From assembly GCA_027859085.1 (NCBI GenBank), contig JAQIBJ010000013.1, forward strand, positions 1,372-65,371: DNA of 64,000 nt, given 5' to 3'. Shown here one piece after another: positions 43,320 to 55,105 of the stretch (positions within the stretch are counted from its first letter, which is position 1; each line of letters opens with the position of its first letter). The notes under the pieces were generated by a model. It saw only the letters and a list, made by a program, of their open reading frames with translations. It was not told where the DNA came from and made no database searches. Origin of the DNA: Mycoplasmatota bacterium (GTDB lineage Bacteria > Bacillota_I > Bacilli_A > Izemoplasmatales > Hujiaoplasmataceae). Position numbers and translations under genes: made by a program.

Positions 43320-43361
43320 AAAAAAATAATGACAATTCAATTGAATTGTCATTATTTTTTT
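43320..43361 (-). terminator. rpsU terminator (perfect 42-bp palindrome)
   Basis: AAAAAAATAATGACAATTCAA|TTGAATTGTCATTATTTTTTT. Confidence 0.8.
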
Positions 43362-43385
43362 GTCATATAATCTTATAAAAGACTG

Positions 43386-43553
43386 TTATTTTTGTTTGTT
43401 TTTATTTTTCTTATGTTTTTTTGTAACACTTGGTTTTTCGTAATATTCCTTTTTACGGGCTTGAGCAAGATTTCCCGCACGAGAAACGTCACGTTTAAAA
43501 CGACGAAGTGCATCTTCGATAGATTCATTCTCTCTCACGACAGTTTTAGCCAT
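43386..43553 (-). CDS. rpsU: 30S ribosomal protein S21 (55 aa; below the ORF-track cutoff)
   Basis: Manual translation [55 protein letters not shown]; AGGGGTGA RBS. Confidence 0.96.
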   Translation of the reverse strand: MAKTVVRENESIEDALRRFKRDVSRAGNLAQARKKEYYEKPSVTKKHKKNKNKQK

Positions 43554-43693
43554 TGCTTTCACCCCTTTTCTTTACCATTAGTTATTATACTAAATATTAA
43601 TTAAAAAGTAAACTTTTTTATTTTGAATATTCTAAAATAATGTCATCTATGTTAAAATGAAAGCAATCAAATGAACTTTAAAGGAGAAAATGG

Positions 43694-44281
43694 ATGAAAC
43701 TATATCAGTTTTTGGCTTTGTCATCAGATTGGATAATCTTAGGTGCCACTATTGGTGTCGCAATATTACTCATTATCTTAAGTATCTATTTTTATAATAA
43801 AAATGTAAATGTTAGAAAATATAAACGAAAACTTAAGTACATTAATAAAACAAAAGAAAAGAAATACAATGCAAATGTATTTATTGACCAAATATACAAT
43901 AACTTTGTGACTGACGATACCAATACTTTTGAATCACTAAAAAAGAAGGGTAAAAGAAAAGTCAAAAAGTACATAAAATTCTATCAAAGATCATTGCATG
44001 ATTTGGTTGAGGCTAAAAGTAATATTTCTCCTAATAAAAAGCAAAACAAATTAGTCTTCATCTTTAAAAACAAAAGCAACCAAAATATTGGAAAGTTTTA
44101 TGTCTCACAAAAATTAAAAAAATTAAAAAAACAGATTGATAAACACCAATTATTATTCGATACGCTTGCATATCTATATGAATTACCACAATATATTGAT
44201 ACAAAGAAAGCATATCACCTAGAAAATCACGACAATCAAAATGTCATTACTTATCAAATTGTTGAAGAGATAAAAAAATAG
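43694..44281 (+). CDS. Hypothetical protein with one N-terminal TM helix and a Lys-rich cytoplasmic domain
   Basis: AAGGAG RBS; 195-aa ORF followed by a terminator. Confidence 0.75.
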   Translation: MKLYQFLALSSDWIILGATIGVAILLIILSIYFYNKNVNVRKYKRKLKYINKTKEKKYNANVFIDQIYNNFVTDDTNTFESLKKKGKRKVKKYIKFYQRSLHDLVEAKSNISPNKKQNKLVFIFKNKSNQNIGKFYVSQKLKKLKKQIDKHQLLFDTLAYLYELPQYIDTKKAYHLENHDNQNVITYQIVEEIKK

Positions 44282-44305
44282 CATCCCAAAGGATGTTATT
44301 TTTTT
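44272..44305. terminator. Bidirectional terminator
   Basis: AAAAAAATAGCATCC-CAAA-GGATGTTATTTTTTT between convergent genes. Confidence 0.8.
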
Positions 44306-45588
44306 ATTCTAGAAACAATATTTGGAAAGTCTATGCTTTCTAATATCACTTCAACTTCTTTAGCAATAATATACTTCTCACTTTTCACCTTTATTGATAA
44401 ATAGTCTTTTGAATGGCCTATATACCAACCATCTTTTTCTTGCTCAATAATGACAGATTTTGTCTTTCCTATCTGAGATTTCATGTATTGTTCTTTTAAT
44501 GCATCACTTAACTCAAGCAAACGATGTACACGAGCTTTTTTGACGGTCCCATTGACTTGATTCTTCATTTTATCCGCAGGCGTTCCTTGCCTGCGTGAAT
44601 ATGGAAATACATGTAGCTCTTGAAAATTAATTTCTTTTATAAAATCATATGCTTCTTGAAATTCTTTTTCAGTTTCACCTGGAAATCCAACAATAACATC
44701 GGTGGTAATTGAAATATCATCAAAGATATTTCTGATTTCATTAATTTTCGCTTTAAAATTGTTTTTATTATATTTTCGATTCATAGCTTTTAGTATTCTT
44801 TCACTACCACTTTGTAAAGGAATGTGTAAGTGATTGACTATTTTTTTAGAATGACGAATGACATCCAAAACTTCTTCATCTAATTCCGTGATTTCAATAG
44901 AAGAAATTCTAATTCTTTTTAAACCATCTATTTTTTCTAAGTCCTTTAACAATGATGCAAAACTATAACCGGTTAAGTCTTCTCCGTATCCACCAGTATG
45001 AATCCCTGTTAACACAATTTCAATATGACCTTTAGATACCAAATGTTTGACTTCTTCTAAAATAATATCTTTTGTCTTAGAACGTATTCTTCCTCTTGTA
45101 TAGGGAATAATACAATATGCACAAAAATTATTACAACCATCTTGGATTTTTAAGAAAGCACGTTTATGATTTTGGAAATCATTAATTTCGAGTTCTTCAA
45201 AACGTTCATCATTTTCTAATTTTTCTGATTTATCTAATAATTCACCCGTCTTTAAATACTCATTAAGATATTCAATAATCATATGTCTATTCTTTGTGCC
45301 CAAAACAATTTTAACTCCTGGGATTTCAAGCATCGCTTTGGCTTTTAATTGTGATAAACAGCCCATCACAATAATAATAGCATTAGGATTAATTGAGACT
45401 GGTCTTCTAATGATTTGTTTTGATTTTCTTTCACCTGAATTGGTGACCATGCATGAATTAATAATATATACATCACTAAAATCATCATAATCTGCTATTT
45501 CATAACCTTTATTCATAAACATTTCCATAATGGCTTCTGTTTCATATGCGTTTACTTTGCAACCCAATGTATAAAAAGCTACTTTCAT
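44296..45588 (-). CDS. mtaB: tRNA t6A37 methylthiotransferase
   Basis: TLGCKVN, radical SAM motif CNNFCAYC; follows rsmE. Confidence 0.95.
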   Translation of the reverse strand: MKVAFYTLGCKVNAYETEAIMEMFMNKGYEIADYDDFSDVYIINSCMVTNSGERKSKQIIRRPVSINPNAIIIVMGCLSQLKAKAMLEIPGVKIVLGTKNRHMIIEYLNEYLKTGELLDKSEKLENDERFEELEINDFQNHKRAFLKIQDGCNNFCAYCIIPYTRGRIRSKTKDIILEEVKHLVSKGHIEIVLTGIHTGGYGEDLTGYSFASLLKDLEKIDGLKRIRISSIEITELDEEVLDVIRHSKKIVNHLHIPLQSGSERILKAMNRKYNKNNFKAKINEIRNIFDDISITTDVIVGFPGETEKEFQEAYDFIKEINFQELHVFPYSRRQGTPADKMKNQVNGTVKKARVHRLLELSDALKEQYMKSQIGKTKSVIIEQEKDGWYIGHSKDYLSIKVKSEKYIIAKEVEVILESIDFPNIVSRIKK

Positions 45589-45589
45589 T

Positions 45590-46309
45590 CTATTCTCCCA
45601 TCATGTATCTAAAAATTGATGTGATGTATATCGCAGCTGTTTCAGCGCGTAATATGGTATTTCCTAGAGATATTGTTTTAAAACCATTTTCCATTAACAA
45701 ATTAATTTCTTTATTAGAAAATCCACCCTCAGGTCCCACCAAAATCAAGGTTGTTTCATCCTTTTTAACGTCACTAAAATATGTCTTTAATTGTTTGTTC
45801 TCTTCTCTTGCAAAAGCCACAAACAAATGATCATAATTTTTTAAATCAAGTGAATCTAATGTTTGCAAGTCATAGATGGTCGGTAAAGTCGTTCTTTCAG
45901 ATTGTTCAGAGCTCTCTTTACAAATCAAGGTAAATCTGTCTTTTTTCTTTTGAAAATCTTTTATCTTAACAACAGATCGTTCTGTTTCAATGGGGATAAT
46001 CCCTGAAACACCAAGCTCAGTTGTTTTTTTTAAAGCCAATTCAAAAGAATCTTTTTTGGTTAAACTTAAACCTAAATCCAAATTTAAATGATTATTTTCA
46101 GAAGGCATCTCTTTAATAATTTTTAATAAGACAACATTTTTTTGAAATTCAACTATTCTACATAAAAAAACTTGACCATTATAAGTATTCACAATGACCT
46201 TATCGTTGATGATTAATCGCATCACATTTTTGATGTGATGATAATCTCCCCCGTCTATTTCTACGGATTGATTTTGAATTTGTGATTGTTCAATAAAATA
46301 CCTTTGCAT
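45590..46309 (-). CDS. rsmE: 16S rRNA m3U1498 methyltransferase
   Basis: HHIKNVMR, TELGV, VGPEGGF, LGNTILRAETA. Confidence 0.96.
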   Translation of the reverse strand: MQRYFIEQSQIQNQSVEIDGGDYHHIKNVMRLIINDKVIVNTYNGQVFLCRIVEFQKNVVLLKIIKEMPSENNHLNLDLGLSLTKKDSFELALKKTTELGVSGIIPIETERSVVKIKDFQKKKDRFTLICKESSEQSERTTLPTIYDLQTLDSLDLKNYDHLFVAFAREENKQLKTYFSDVKKDETTLILVGPEGGFSNKEINLLMENGFKTISLGNTILRAETAAIYITSIFRYMMGE

Positions 46310-46366
46310 ATAACCACCTCAATTACAATATACAACTAATAATCATAACATAAAATGAAAAATTCT

Positions 46367-46395
46367 AAAAATAAAAGACCAAAAAAATTGGTCTT
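46367..46395 (-). terminator. Terminator immediately after jetC
   Basis: AAGACCAA-N5-TTGGTCTT followed by TTATTTTT on the minus strand, directly after the stop codon. Confidence 0.7.
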
Positions 46396-49300
46396 CTATG
46401 AATCGTGTTTATTCAATTGCATCGTTCTAGCTTTCTTACCATCTCTAAGTGTAATGATGGTTGTATCTGTAAATTTCTGCAATATTTCCATTTTTTGAGG
46501 TGGCGTTGATAACATAATCTGTACTGGTAATTTTTGAATGAATTTCATCATGGCTTTAATTCTTGATGAATCCATCTTATCAAATACCTCATCAAATAAT
46601 ATTAATCCAATTGGCTCTTGATTCACTTTTCTAGATGCTTGTTCAAAAACTCTTACAAATGATGCGAGTGTCGCAACATAGAAAGGTACTTGAGTTTCAC
46701 CACCAGATTTTTCTTTAAATACTTTAGAATAATTAATTTTATCGCCTGAAGTATTGGTAATTAAAATATCATAATCCATATAGGTACGGTAATCTGTAAA
46801 CTTATTAACTGTACCTTTTGAGTTTAGATCCTCTGATGCTAAATTAATAAATAACTCTTCTAATTGTCTTTGATATTTCATTTCAAAATCATAATTAAAG
46901 ATTTCTTCACCTGATATAATCGCTTCATCAGACAAAACCATGTCATAATAATCGCCATATTCTTTACTTTTCGGGAAGATAAATTCGTAACTGTCTTCAC
47001 CAAAACGAATATTTTCTAAAGTTTCATTAATCTTTTTAATCTCTTCTTGAGCTGAAATAATATAGTTTCTTAATTTAGACATGAAATCTTCTTTGAATAG
47101 TTTTTCCGCAACTTCTCTCGCTTCTCTAACTTTTGATTCATATTTCACAAGTTCAGACTTCACAAGTTTATTTCTTTCGTCTATATATTCATTGATATAT
47201 TCCAAACCAAATTGATAACTTAAATTATATTTTTGAGTATATTGAATTTGTTTGGTTCTTAATGAGTCCTCTAAATGATTGATGTTATTTAGTTCTCTAG
47301 TAATTTTAACGGTGTAATTTTCTAAGATATCCTGTATATTTTGTTGACTGGCTTCTTCTTTAAACAATGATTCTGCTTTTTCTCTTAATCCAGGATTGTC
47401 TTCGGTTTGCTGGTTAATCTCTTTATTCACATCATTTAAATTGGTTTCATATTCCAATAATCGATCATGAACATTACTTTCACGATTATTTAATGATCCA
47501 TTCTTCTCATAAGCTTTTTGTCTACTTGCATTATAATCTCTGATTTCTTCGCGAATATTTTCATATTCTACTCTTAAATCCTTTAGACTTTCTTGAGGTA
47601 GATTACGTTTTTTCTCTGCCAATGCTTTTCTTTTATCTTTTAAGGTATCAACTGAATAATAATTCTTAAGCATAGAAATATATTGACTCAAATTTAGTTT
47701 TTTGATTAACGTATTCTCTTCGCTAATATTAGACATTGCATTATTAATTCTTTGATGATCTAAACTAAGTTCCTTCGCTTTTTTTCTCCAAGTTTCTAAC
47801 TGTGCGATTTTAGCGTTTTTTCCAATAAAAGGTTTATCTCTTAATTTAAATAATGATCTAACAGTAAATGATCTATAAACCATCCCACTTAAAGTAATCG
47901 CTTGAGAGTAATTTTCTAGTTCATTAACGTTATCAACCATAATTAAGTTTCCGCAAGTCATGTTGATAAAATGTTTTGCATCTTTATTATCAGAATCAAT
48001 GATAGATGCTAAAGAATTAGATCTGAATTGATCAAATTTTTGAATTTTCTTGGTATTGACTAATCCAATCCCATAAATATTCAATGAATCTTTGACTTGA
48101 TTATACACACTTAAAGCTAAATCAAAATATCTTGGCTCTATGATTAAATTAAATCGCTGTCTACCTAAGTAATCTTCAATTGTATCTTGCCACTTAGGGT
48201 CATTTACTTCTAGCAATTCACACAATATATGAACATTGATATCAATGTTATATTGTTGTTTAACGCCATCAATAATTGCACTTTGTAACTTAAGTGTCAT
48301 TGGGTCGTATTTAAGTTTATTATTTTCTAATCCTTTTAACGTTTGATAAACTTCATTAATCTCAGTAACCAACCCTTGTTTAACATGTTGATGCTTTCCA
48401 TATTCTGAGCGATTATGATTAACAATATCATCTAACTCTTTTTCCAATTGAATGAGTTTTAATTTTGTGCTTTCATAACTTTCATCATCAATATTTACTA
48501 AATCTACTTTAGATAACTGTTTATAAATTTTTTGATTATATTCACTGTTTAAATCTTCAATGACTTCATTCATCGTCTTCGCTTTGTTTTGTGCATATTG
48601 ACGCATTTCAGCTTGTTCATTGATTTTTTTAGTTAAGTCATTCATTTCTTTATCGTAGATTTCAGATGCTTTAAATGTATCATTATTCGATAACATCGAA
48701 TATACTTCTTTTGAGCGTTCATCTAAAATTTCTAATTGTTCTTCTAACTCAGAAAGCAACTTTGAGTTTTGTTCTTTATCTAAAATGACTTTTTCTAATT
48801 TCTTATTTTCTTTTTCTATAGAATCTTTAATGTTTTCGATCTCTAATAATTTTAAAAAGTATTCATAAAAATCTTTTTGTGATATGTTTTCTTGTATTTC
48901 TTCATAAGTTTGTGCAATATCATCTAAATCATTGACTTTTTCTTTAATGATTTTCAATGTGGCTTCTAAATCTTTATATGCACGGATTGATTCCTTGATT
49001 GATTCAACATCTAAAACTCGTTCTTCTAACAAGTATTTATAAATGAATTCTTTTACATCTGATATAGGTTTAAAAGCTAGTGCTTTTGGCAATAAAGAAA
49101 AGTAATTTTCATTAATTGAACCAAATCGTTTTCTAAAAGAATATTTTGCTTCTTTTCTAGTCAAATGAACTTTATTTGCTTGTTTTGATTTTTTGAAGTT
49201 GATGGTTGTTAAAATGATACCAACTTCATCAACAAATAAATCATCGTTTATTTTATCATCAAATTCATAGAACAATACTTTTGGTGGAACAATTTCTCCA

Positions 49301-49638
49301 ACGATGTCTATCACAGTTCCCACGGTAAAATATTCATCTTTTACCTCATCATAAAATTCTAAAGCGATGTGACCTGTTGTATCACCTGCTCTTAAGTATT
49401 CTTGATTATCGATACCTAATTTACATTTAACATAACCTCTTAAATCACGTTTACTCTTATCATTAGCGGCTAAGTTAAAGATTTGATCACCTGCAGTTAA
49501 TACAAAAGCAATGGCATCAACAATCGTTGATTTACCTGTCGCGTTTTGTCCTGTAATTAAAGTGTTGTTTTTAATAACAATTGTTTCATTGGCAAAATAA
49601 TGCCAATTGATTAATCTTACTTTAGTTAACTTCTTCAT
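46396..49638 (-). CDS. jetC: SMC-family ATPase, Wadjet JetC/MksB-like
   Basis: LINWH, Walker A GQNATGKST, long coiled coils, DYRTY, signature KSGGETQ, Walker B ILFDEVFDKMD. Confidence 0.88.
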   Translation of the reverse strand: MKKLTKVRLINWHYFANETIVIKNNTLITGQNATGKSTIVDAIAFVLTAGDQIFNLAANDKSKRDLRGYVKCKLGIDNQEYLRAGDTTGHIALEFYDEVKDEYFTVGTVIDIVGEIVPPKVLFYEFDDKINDDLFVDEVGIILTTINFKKSKQANKVHLTRKEAKYSFRKRFGSINENYFSLLPKALAFKPISDVKEFIYKYLLEERVLDVESIKESIRAYKDLEATLKIIKEKVNDLDDIAQTYEEIQENISQKDFYEYFLKLLEIENIKDSIEKENKKLEKVILDKEQNSKLLSELEEQLEILDERSKEVYSMLSNNDTFKASEIYDKEMNDLTKKINEQAEMRQYAQNKAKTMNEVIEDLNSEYNQKIYKQLSKVDLVNIDDESYESTKLKLIQLEKELDDIVNHNRSEYGKHQHVKQGLVTEINEVYQTLKGLENNKLKYDPMTLKLQSAIIDGVKQQYNIDINVHILCELLEVNDPKWQDTIEDYLGRQRFNLIIEPRYFDLALSVYNQVKDSLNIYGIGLVNTKKIQKFDQFRSNSLASIIDSDNKDAKHFINMTCGNLIMVDNVNELENYSQAITLSGMVYRSFTVRSLFKLRDKPFIGKNAKIAQLETWRKKAKELSLDHQRINNAMSNISEENTLIKKLNLSQYISMLKNYYSVDTLKDKRKALAEKKRNLPQESLKDLRVEYENIREEIRDYNASRQKAYEKNGSLNNRESNVHDRLLEYETNLNDVNKEINQQTEDNPGLREKAESLFKEEASQQNIQDILENYTVKITRELNNINHLEDSLRTKQIQYTQKYNLSYQFGLEYINEYIDERNKLVKSELVKYESKVREAREVAEKLFKEDFMSKLRNYIISAQEEIKKINETLENIRFGEDSYEFIFPKSKEYGDYYDMVLSDEAIISGEEIFNYDFEMKYQRQLEELFINLASEDLNSKGTVNKFTDYRTYMDYDILITNTSGDKINYSKVFKEKSGGETQVPFYVATLASFVRVFEQASRKVNQEPIGLILFDEVFDKMDSSRIKAMMKFIQKLPVQIMLSTPPQKMEILQKFTDTTIITLRDGKKARTMQLNKHDS

Positions 49639-50227
49639 GAGCATCACTTCCTGTTTTGTTTTCAATATGATTAATGATGTTATACACATCATTAATGGTT
49701 TGCGTATTAATGGCTAAGAGAATCGTTGGATAAATGATGATAGGTGTTGATGCTTTTGTAATATCTCCAAGTGTCTCAATCAAATTGTTACGTTTAAATA
49801 ATCTTAGTATCTTAACCAAATCAGTTTTGTTGATTTTTTTCTTTAATTCTAATGAATCGTAATAATCATGTATTTCATCTACTTTAATCACAACATTGTC
49901 ATTGATTGATGTTTTAACCAAATGTTCATGGAACAAGATTCTTAAAATAAGCAAAATAATTGATTCATCTTTTTTAAGTCTTAATAGATTATTGTTTTCA
50001 CGATGAACTAATTGTACTGCGCCCATTTCTCGATCCAAATTTAATTCAAAATCCATCACATCAAAGTACTCATCAAAATATTGTTTAAAGCTGATAATAA
50101 AATAATACATTTCCTTATTATCTTCTTTATCTTTTGCTAAGAAACTGTTTGATAAAAGTCTTAAACAAGTTTTAGCAAATAACTTTTTTTGTCCTACATT
50201 TAGCTCTTCAAAATTTTCTAGTATCAT
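49622..50227 (-). CDS. jetB: Wadjet JetB/MksE-like KITE protein (DUF4194-like)
   Basis: About 200 aa; RLKKDESIILLILR and IIIYPTI segments; lies between the JetA-like and SMC genes. Confidence 0.8.
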   Translation of the reverse strand: MILENFEELNVGQKKLFAKTCLRLLSNSFLAKDKEDNKEMYYFIISFKQYFDEYFDVMDFELNLDREMGAVQLVHRENNNLLRLKKDESIILLILRILFHEHLVKTSINDNVVIKVDEIHDYYDSLELKKKINKTDLVKILRLFKRNNLIETLGDITKASTPIIIYPTILLAINTQTINDVYNIINHIENKTGSDAHEEVN

Positions 50228-50228
50228 T

Positions 50229-51632
50229 TTAATTTTCCCCCTTAATGATTTCAAAATCATCGATAATAAATCTTGAATTGTCAATCTTATTATCTAGTGG
50301 CTGAATGAAATAATTCATTTCTACTCCTGCATAAACCAATATATATAATAATCTTAAAATGCCTTCATCACTCATGTCATCATTAATAATTTCACTTGCT
50401 TTAATCAATGCATTCTTTCTAAAATACTCATCAAGATATTTCTGAATCACTTCTTCAGAATATTGAATCTCAAATTCTTTATAAAATTCATCTCTCAAAA
50501 TTTGATCAAAACGATTGTCATTCTCTTCTAAAAATTGATTTTCTATGTGTTTATAGATTCCTCTTGGTGTATATAATGATTCTTTAGAAATTTGTAGGTA
50601 TGTAGACAATGTAAACATTGGCCTAATCGTATTCATTGCTATATTTGTTTGATTATCTTTTATGCTTTCAGCAGTAAAGCTTAGTATTTTCGATAGTTTT
50701 GATATAACATTTTCATCATCTGATAATAAGAATTTAATTTTAGCGATGGTCGTATTGACATAGACTTTATTCTTATGATCAATTTCATCAATAATATACG
50801 AAACAGAATTATAGATATCAATAATATCGTCTATTTTTTTATTGACCCTCATCATCGCCATATCGTAATTGTTATGAGCCTTTACCAAATACTCTTTTGC
50901 GAGTGTTTCCATAATAAATTTATCTTCTTGTATTTCTTCTAATTTACGAATAATGTCTGCTCGATATTTATTAATATTATCCGAAGTCTTTAATCTTCTA
51001 TAAGCCTTATCCATTAATTCAGCCTTATAATTCACCAAATAATTAATTAAATCCTTGATTTCAGAATGATCAACTATCGTTTTAATATAATACTTTAAAC
51101 GAGAATCCAACTTTCTAATTTCTCTTACAAAAGCCAATGTGTTTTTATAGACTTGGTCTAAAACCATACCATATTCACCATAGTCGCTTTTTAACAAAGA
51201 ATATGAAGTGTAGATATACCCTCTAAACTCATGGCCATCATCCTCAGTATTATCATAAAAACTGTCATTTGATATTTCTTGTAAAGCTTCAATGATGGTA
51301 ATTGAATAATCTCGGAAATTTAAAATTTCTTCATAATTATTATTGACATCAATATCAATCCATTCGGTTTTTTCTAATCTTCTTATTATTTGATTAGCAC
51401 GGTCTCTGTTCGTTAATTCAGTTTCTTCATCTTGATCTTCTAACTCCTCTTCTAAAGGATTCAAATCTAAATAATCTTCTATTGCTTGTCTTGCAATATT
51501 TTTATCCATCCCTAATATAGATCCTTGTTCATAAACCCTAAAAAGTTCAAGAAGACAATTCACATAAATCGATCTATTTTTACCTGATAATAAGTTAAAG
51601 AAATTATTAGGTATAACATCAAATACATTCAT
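50229..51632 (-). CDS. jetA: Wadjet JetA/MksF-like kleisin (DUF5716-like)
   Basis: FDVIPNNFFNLLSGKNR.IY, IIRRLEKTEWI winged helix, LKTSDN...YR, SLYTPR; first gene of the SMC trio. Confidence 0.8.
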   Translation of the reverse strand: MNVFDVIPNNFFNLLSGKNRSIYVNCLLELFRVYEQGSILGMDKNIARQAIEDYLDLNPLEEELEDQDEETELTNRDRANQIIRRLEKTEWIDIDVNNNYEEILNFRDYSITIIEALQEISNDSFYDNTEDDGHEFRGYIYTSYSLLKSDYGEYGMVLDQVYKNTLAFVREIRKLDSRLKYYIKTIVDHSEIKDLINYLVNYKAELMDKAYRRLKTSDNINKYRADIIRKLEEIQEDKFIMETLAKEYLVKAHNNYDMAMMRVNKKIDDIIDIYNSVSYIIDEIDHKNKVYVNTTIAKIKFLLSDDENVISKLSKILSFTAESIKDNQTNIAMNTIRPMFTLSTYLQISKESLYTPRGIYKHIENQFLEENDNRFDQILRDEFYKEFEIQYSEEVIQKYLDEYFRKNALIKASEIINDDMSDEGILRLLYILVYAGVEMNYFIQPLDNKIDNSRFIIDDFEIIKGEN

Positions 51633-51643
51633 TTCATCACTTC

Positions 51644-51994
51644 CTATTCATATCGTTTGTATTTAAATTTACCACTCACAAGGGTGGTTAATGTATTTTC
51701 TAAAATCAGCCAGTCTTTTCGAAATTGTTTCAACGATTTTTTACCCGTATCATTTAAGTAATAATAACGACGCAACATACCTTTTTTATTTTTTTGCTTA
51801 TAACTAGATATTTTACCATCTTTTGACAATCTTTTTAAGGCAATATATAGTGTCGCTTCATTCAAATTAATCGAATCATCACTAACATCTTCTATTATTT
51901 TTGCAATTTCGTAACCATAACTATCATATTTTTCTAAAATCGACAAAATAATATAATCAGTAAAACCTCTAACATGTTCGCTAGAATTAGCCAT
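51644..51994 (-). CDS. PadR-family transcriptional regulator
   Basis: ILSIL...SYGYEI, EATLYIALKRL, RRYYYL..TG; ATG 51994 after GGAGGTGA. Confidence 0.93.
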   Translation of the reverse strand: MANSSEHVRGFTDYIILSILEKYDSYGYEIAKIIEDVSDDSINLNEATLYIALKRLSKDGKISSYKQKNKKGMLRRYYYLNDTGKKSLKQFRKDWLILENTLTTLVSGKFKYKRYE

Positions 51995-52012
51995 TATTAT
52001 CACCTCCATTAC

Positions 52013-52057
52013 ATACTTAAACTATTTATACATAAATTGTTTATACTTAACCTGTTT
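52013..52057. repeat. Three tandem 15-bp direct repeats in the padR-jetABC leader
   Basis: ATACTTAAACTATTT / ATACATAAATTGTTT / ATACTTAACCTGTTT. Confidence 0.75.
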
Positions 52058-52059
52058 AT

Positions 52060-52088
52060 ATTATAATACAACAAGTAGAATTTGTAAA
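52060..52088 (-). promoter_or_regulatory. Sigma-A promoter of padR-jetABC
   Basis: TTTACA (52088-52083), 17 bp, TATAAT (52065-52060). Confidence 0.7.
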
Positions 52089-52097
52089 TAGAAAAAC

Positions 52098-52125
52098 AAA
52101 AAAATACTGGAAAATTTCCAGTATT
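52098..52125 (-). terminator. dnaJ terminator
   Basis: AATACTGGAAA/TTTCCAGTATT stem followed by a T-run. Confidence 0.85.
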
Positions 52126-53239
52126 ATTTTGAAAAATTAGATTTAAATTTTTCCCAGAAGCCTTTCGACTCCTCAGGACTGTCTTCAACTTTTGACATTT
52201 GCTCAAATAGTTTTCGTTGTTCAGACGACAATTTCTTTGGTGTCATAACATTAACGATAACATGTTGATCACCTTTTTGTTTGGTTCTAACATTTGTCAT
52301 CCCCTTACCTTTTAATCTGAATTTAGATTCAGATTGTGTTCCTGCTGGAACAGTAAGCATCACGTCACCATAAACTGTTGGTACTTTCACTTCTGCGCCT
52401 AATGCAGCTTGCGAGAAAGTAATTGGGTATGTAATAATAATCTCATCACCCCGGCGAACAAATACATCACTTGGTTTTATCTTAATAAGAATGTATAAGT
52501 CACCATTAGGTCCACCATTAGCGCCCTTATTACCATAACTTGCTAAACGAATATGTTGGTTACTGTCGATACCTGCTGGTACTTTAACTTCAACATTTTT
52601 GCTAACTCGTTCAACACCTTCACCTTGACAATTTGAACATTTATTTTTAATTTCTTTACCAGTTCCACCACATTTTGGACATGTTGCTTGTGTTCTTGTG
52701 CGTCCAAATATAGTTTGTTGTTCCATGATAACTGTTCCATTACCATGACATTGAGAACAAGTTTTAATATCACTTTTAGATTCAGCGCCAGTACCATGAC
52801 AAACATGACACTCATCATAGACTGAAACTTTAATTTTTTCTTTTTTTCCAAAGACAGATTCTTCAAAGGAGATATTCATCACTTTACGAATATCAGATCC
52901 TTTTCGCGGCTGACTTCTTGATGATTGTGAACGTTGTCCACCGCCACCAAAGAATGAACTAAATATATCATTGAAATCAAAATCTCCGAATCCACCACCA
53001 AAGCCACCTTGGCCAGCACCAGGTGCTTGATGGCCAAATTGATCATATTGTCCTTTTTTTTGCGAATCAGACAATACATCATAAGCTTCTTGAACTTCTT
53101 TAAACTTAGTTTCAGCGTCTTTTTCAGTCGATACGTCAGGATGATATTTCTTTGCAAGTTTTCTATAAGCTTTCTTTATTTCTTCAGCAGAGGCTGATTT
53201 ATCTAACCCCAGTATTTCATAATAGTCTCTCTTGCTCAT
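52124..53239 (-). CDS. dnaJ: Chaperone DnaJ
   Basis: HPD J-domain, G/F region, four CxxCxGxG repeats. Confidence 0.98.
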   Translation of the reverse strand: MSKRDYYEILGLDKSASAEEIKKAYRKLAKKYHPDVSTEKDAETKFKEVQEAYDVLSDSQKKGQYDQFGHQAPGAGQGGFGGGFGDFDFNDIFSSFFGGGGQRSQSSRSQPRKGSDIRKVMNISFEESVFGKKEKIKVSVYDECHVCHGTGAESKSDIKTCSQCHGNGTVIMEQQTIFGRTRTQATCPKCGGTGKEIKNKCSNCQGEGVERVSKNVEVKVPAGIDSNQHIRLASYGNKGANGGPNGDLYILIKIKPSDVFVRRGDEIIITYPITFSQAALGAEVKVPTVYGDVMLTVPAGTQSESKFRLKGKGMTNVRTKQKGDQHVIVNVMTPKKLSSEQRKLFEQMSKVEDSPEESKGFWEKFKSNFSK

Positions 53240-53278
53240 ATCATCATCCCAACCCTTCTATAATTATTAGTTTTTCTT

Positions 53279-55105
<1,827 letters not shown>

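Noticed and set aside
43320-43361. Perfect 42-bp palindrome as a possible cruciform or recombination site
   Set aside because: Its position just after rpsU and its U-tract explain it as an intrinsic terminator.
46396-51632. Alternative calls: canonical Smc-ScpAB, SbcCD or Lamassu
   Set aside because: Gene order and sizes (467, about 200 and about 1080 aa) and the LINWH/DYRTY/SGGETQ motifs fit JetABC. There is no SbcD phosphoesterase, ScpA/ScpB motif or Lamassu effector.
52013-52057. Repeat array as a mini-CRISPR
   Set aside because: The units are 15 bp, imperfect and have no spacers, and there are no cas genes in the window.
52009-52206. 65-aa ORF upstream of padR
   Set aside because: It overlaps the dnaJ end, its terminator and the padR promoter, and has no RBS.
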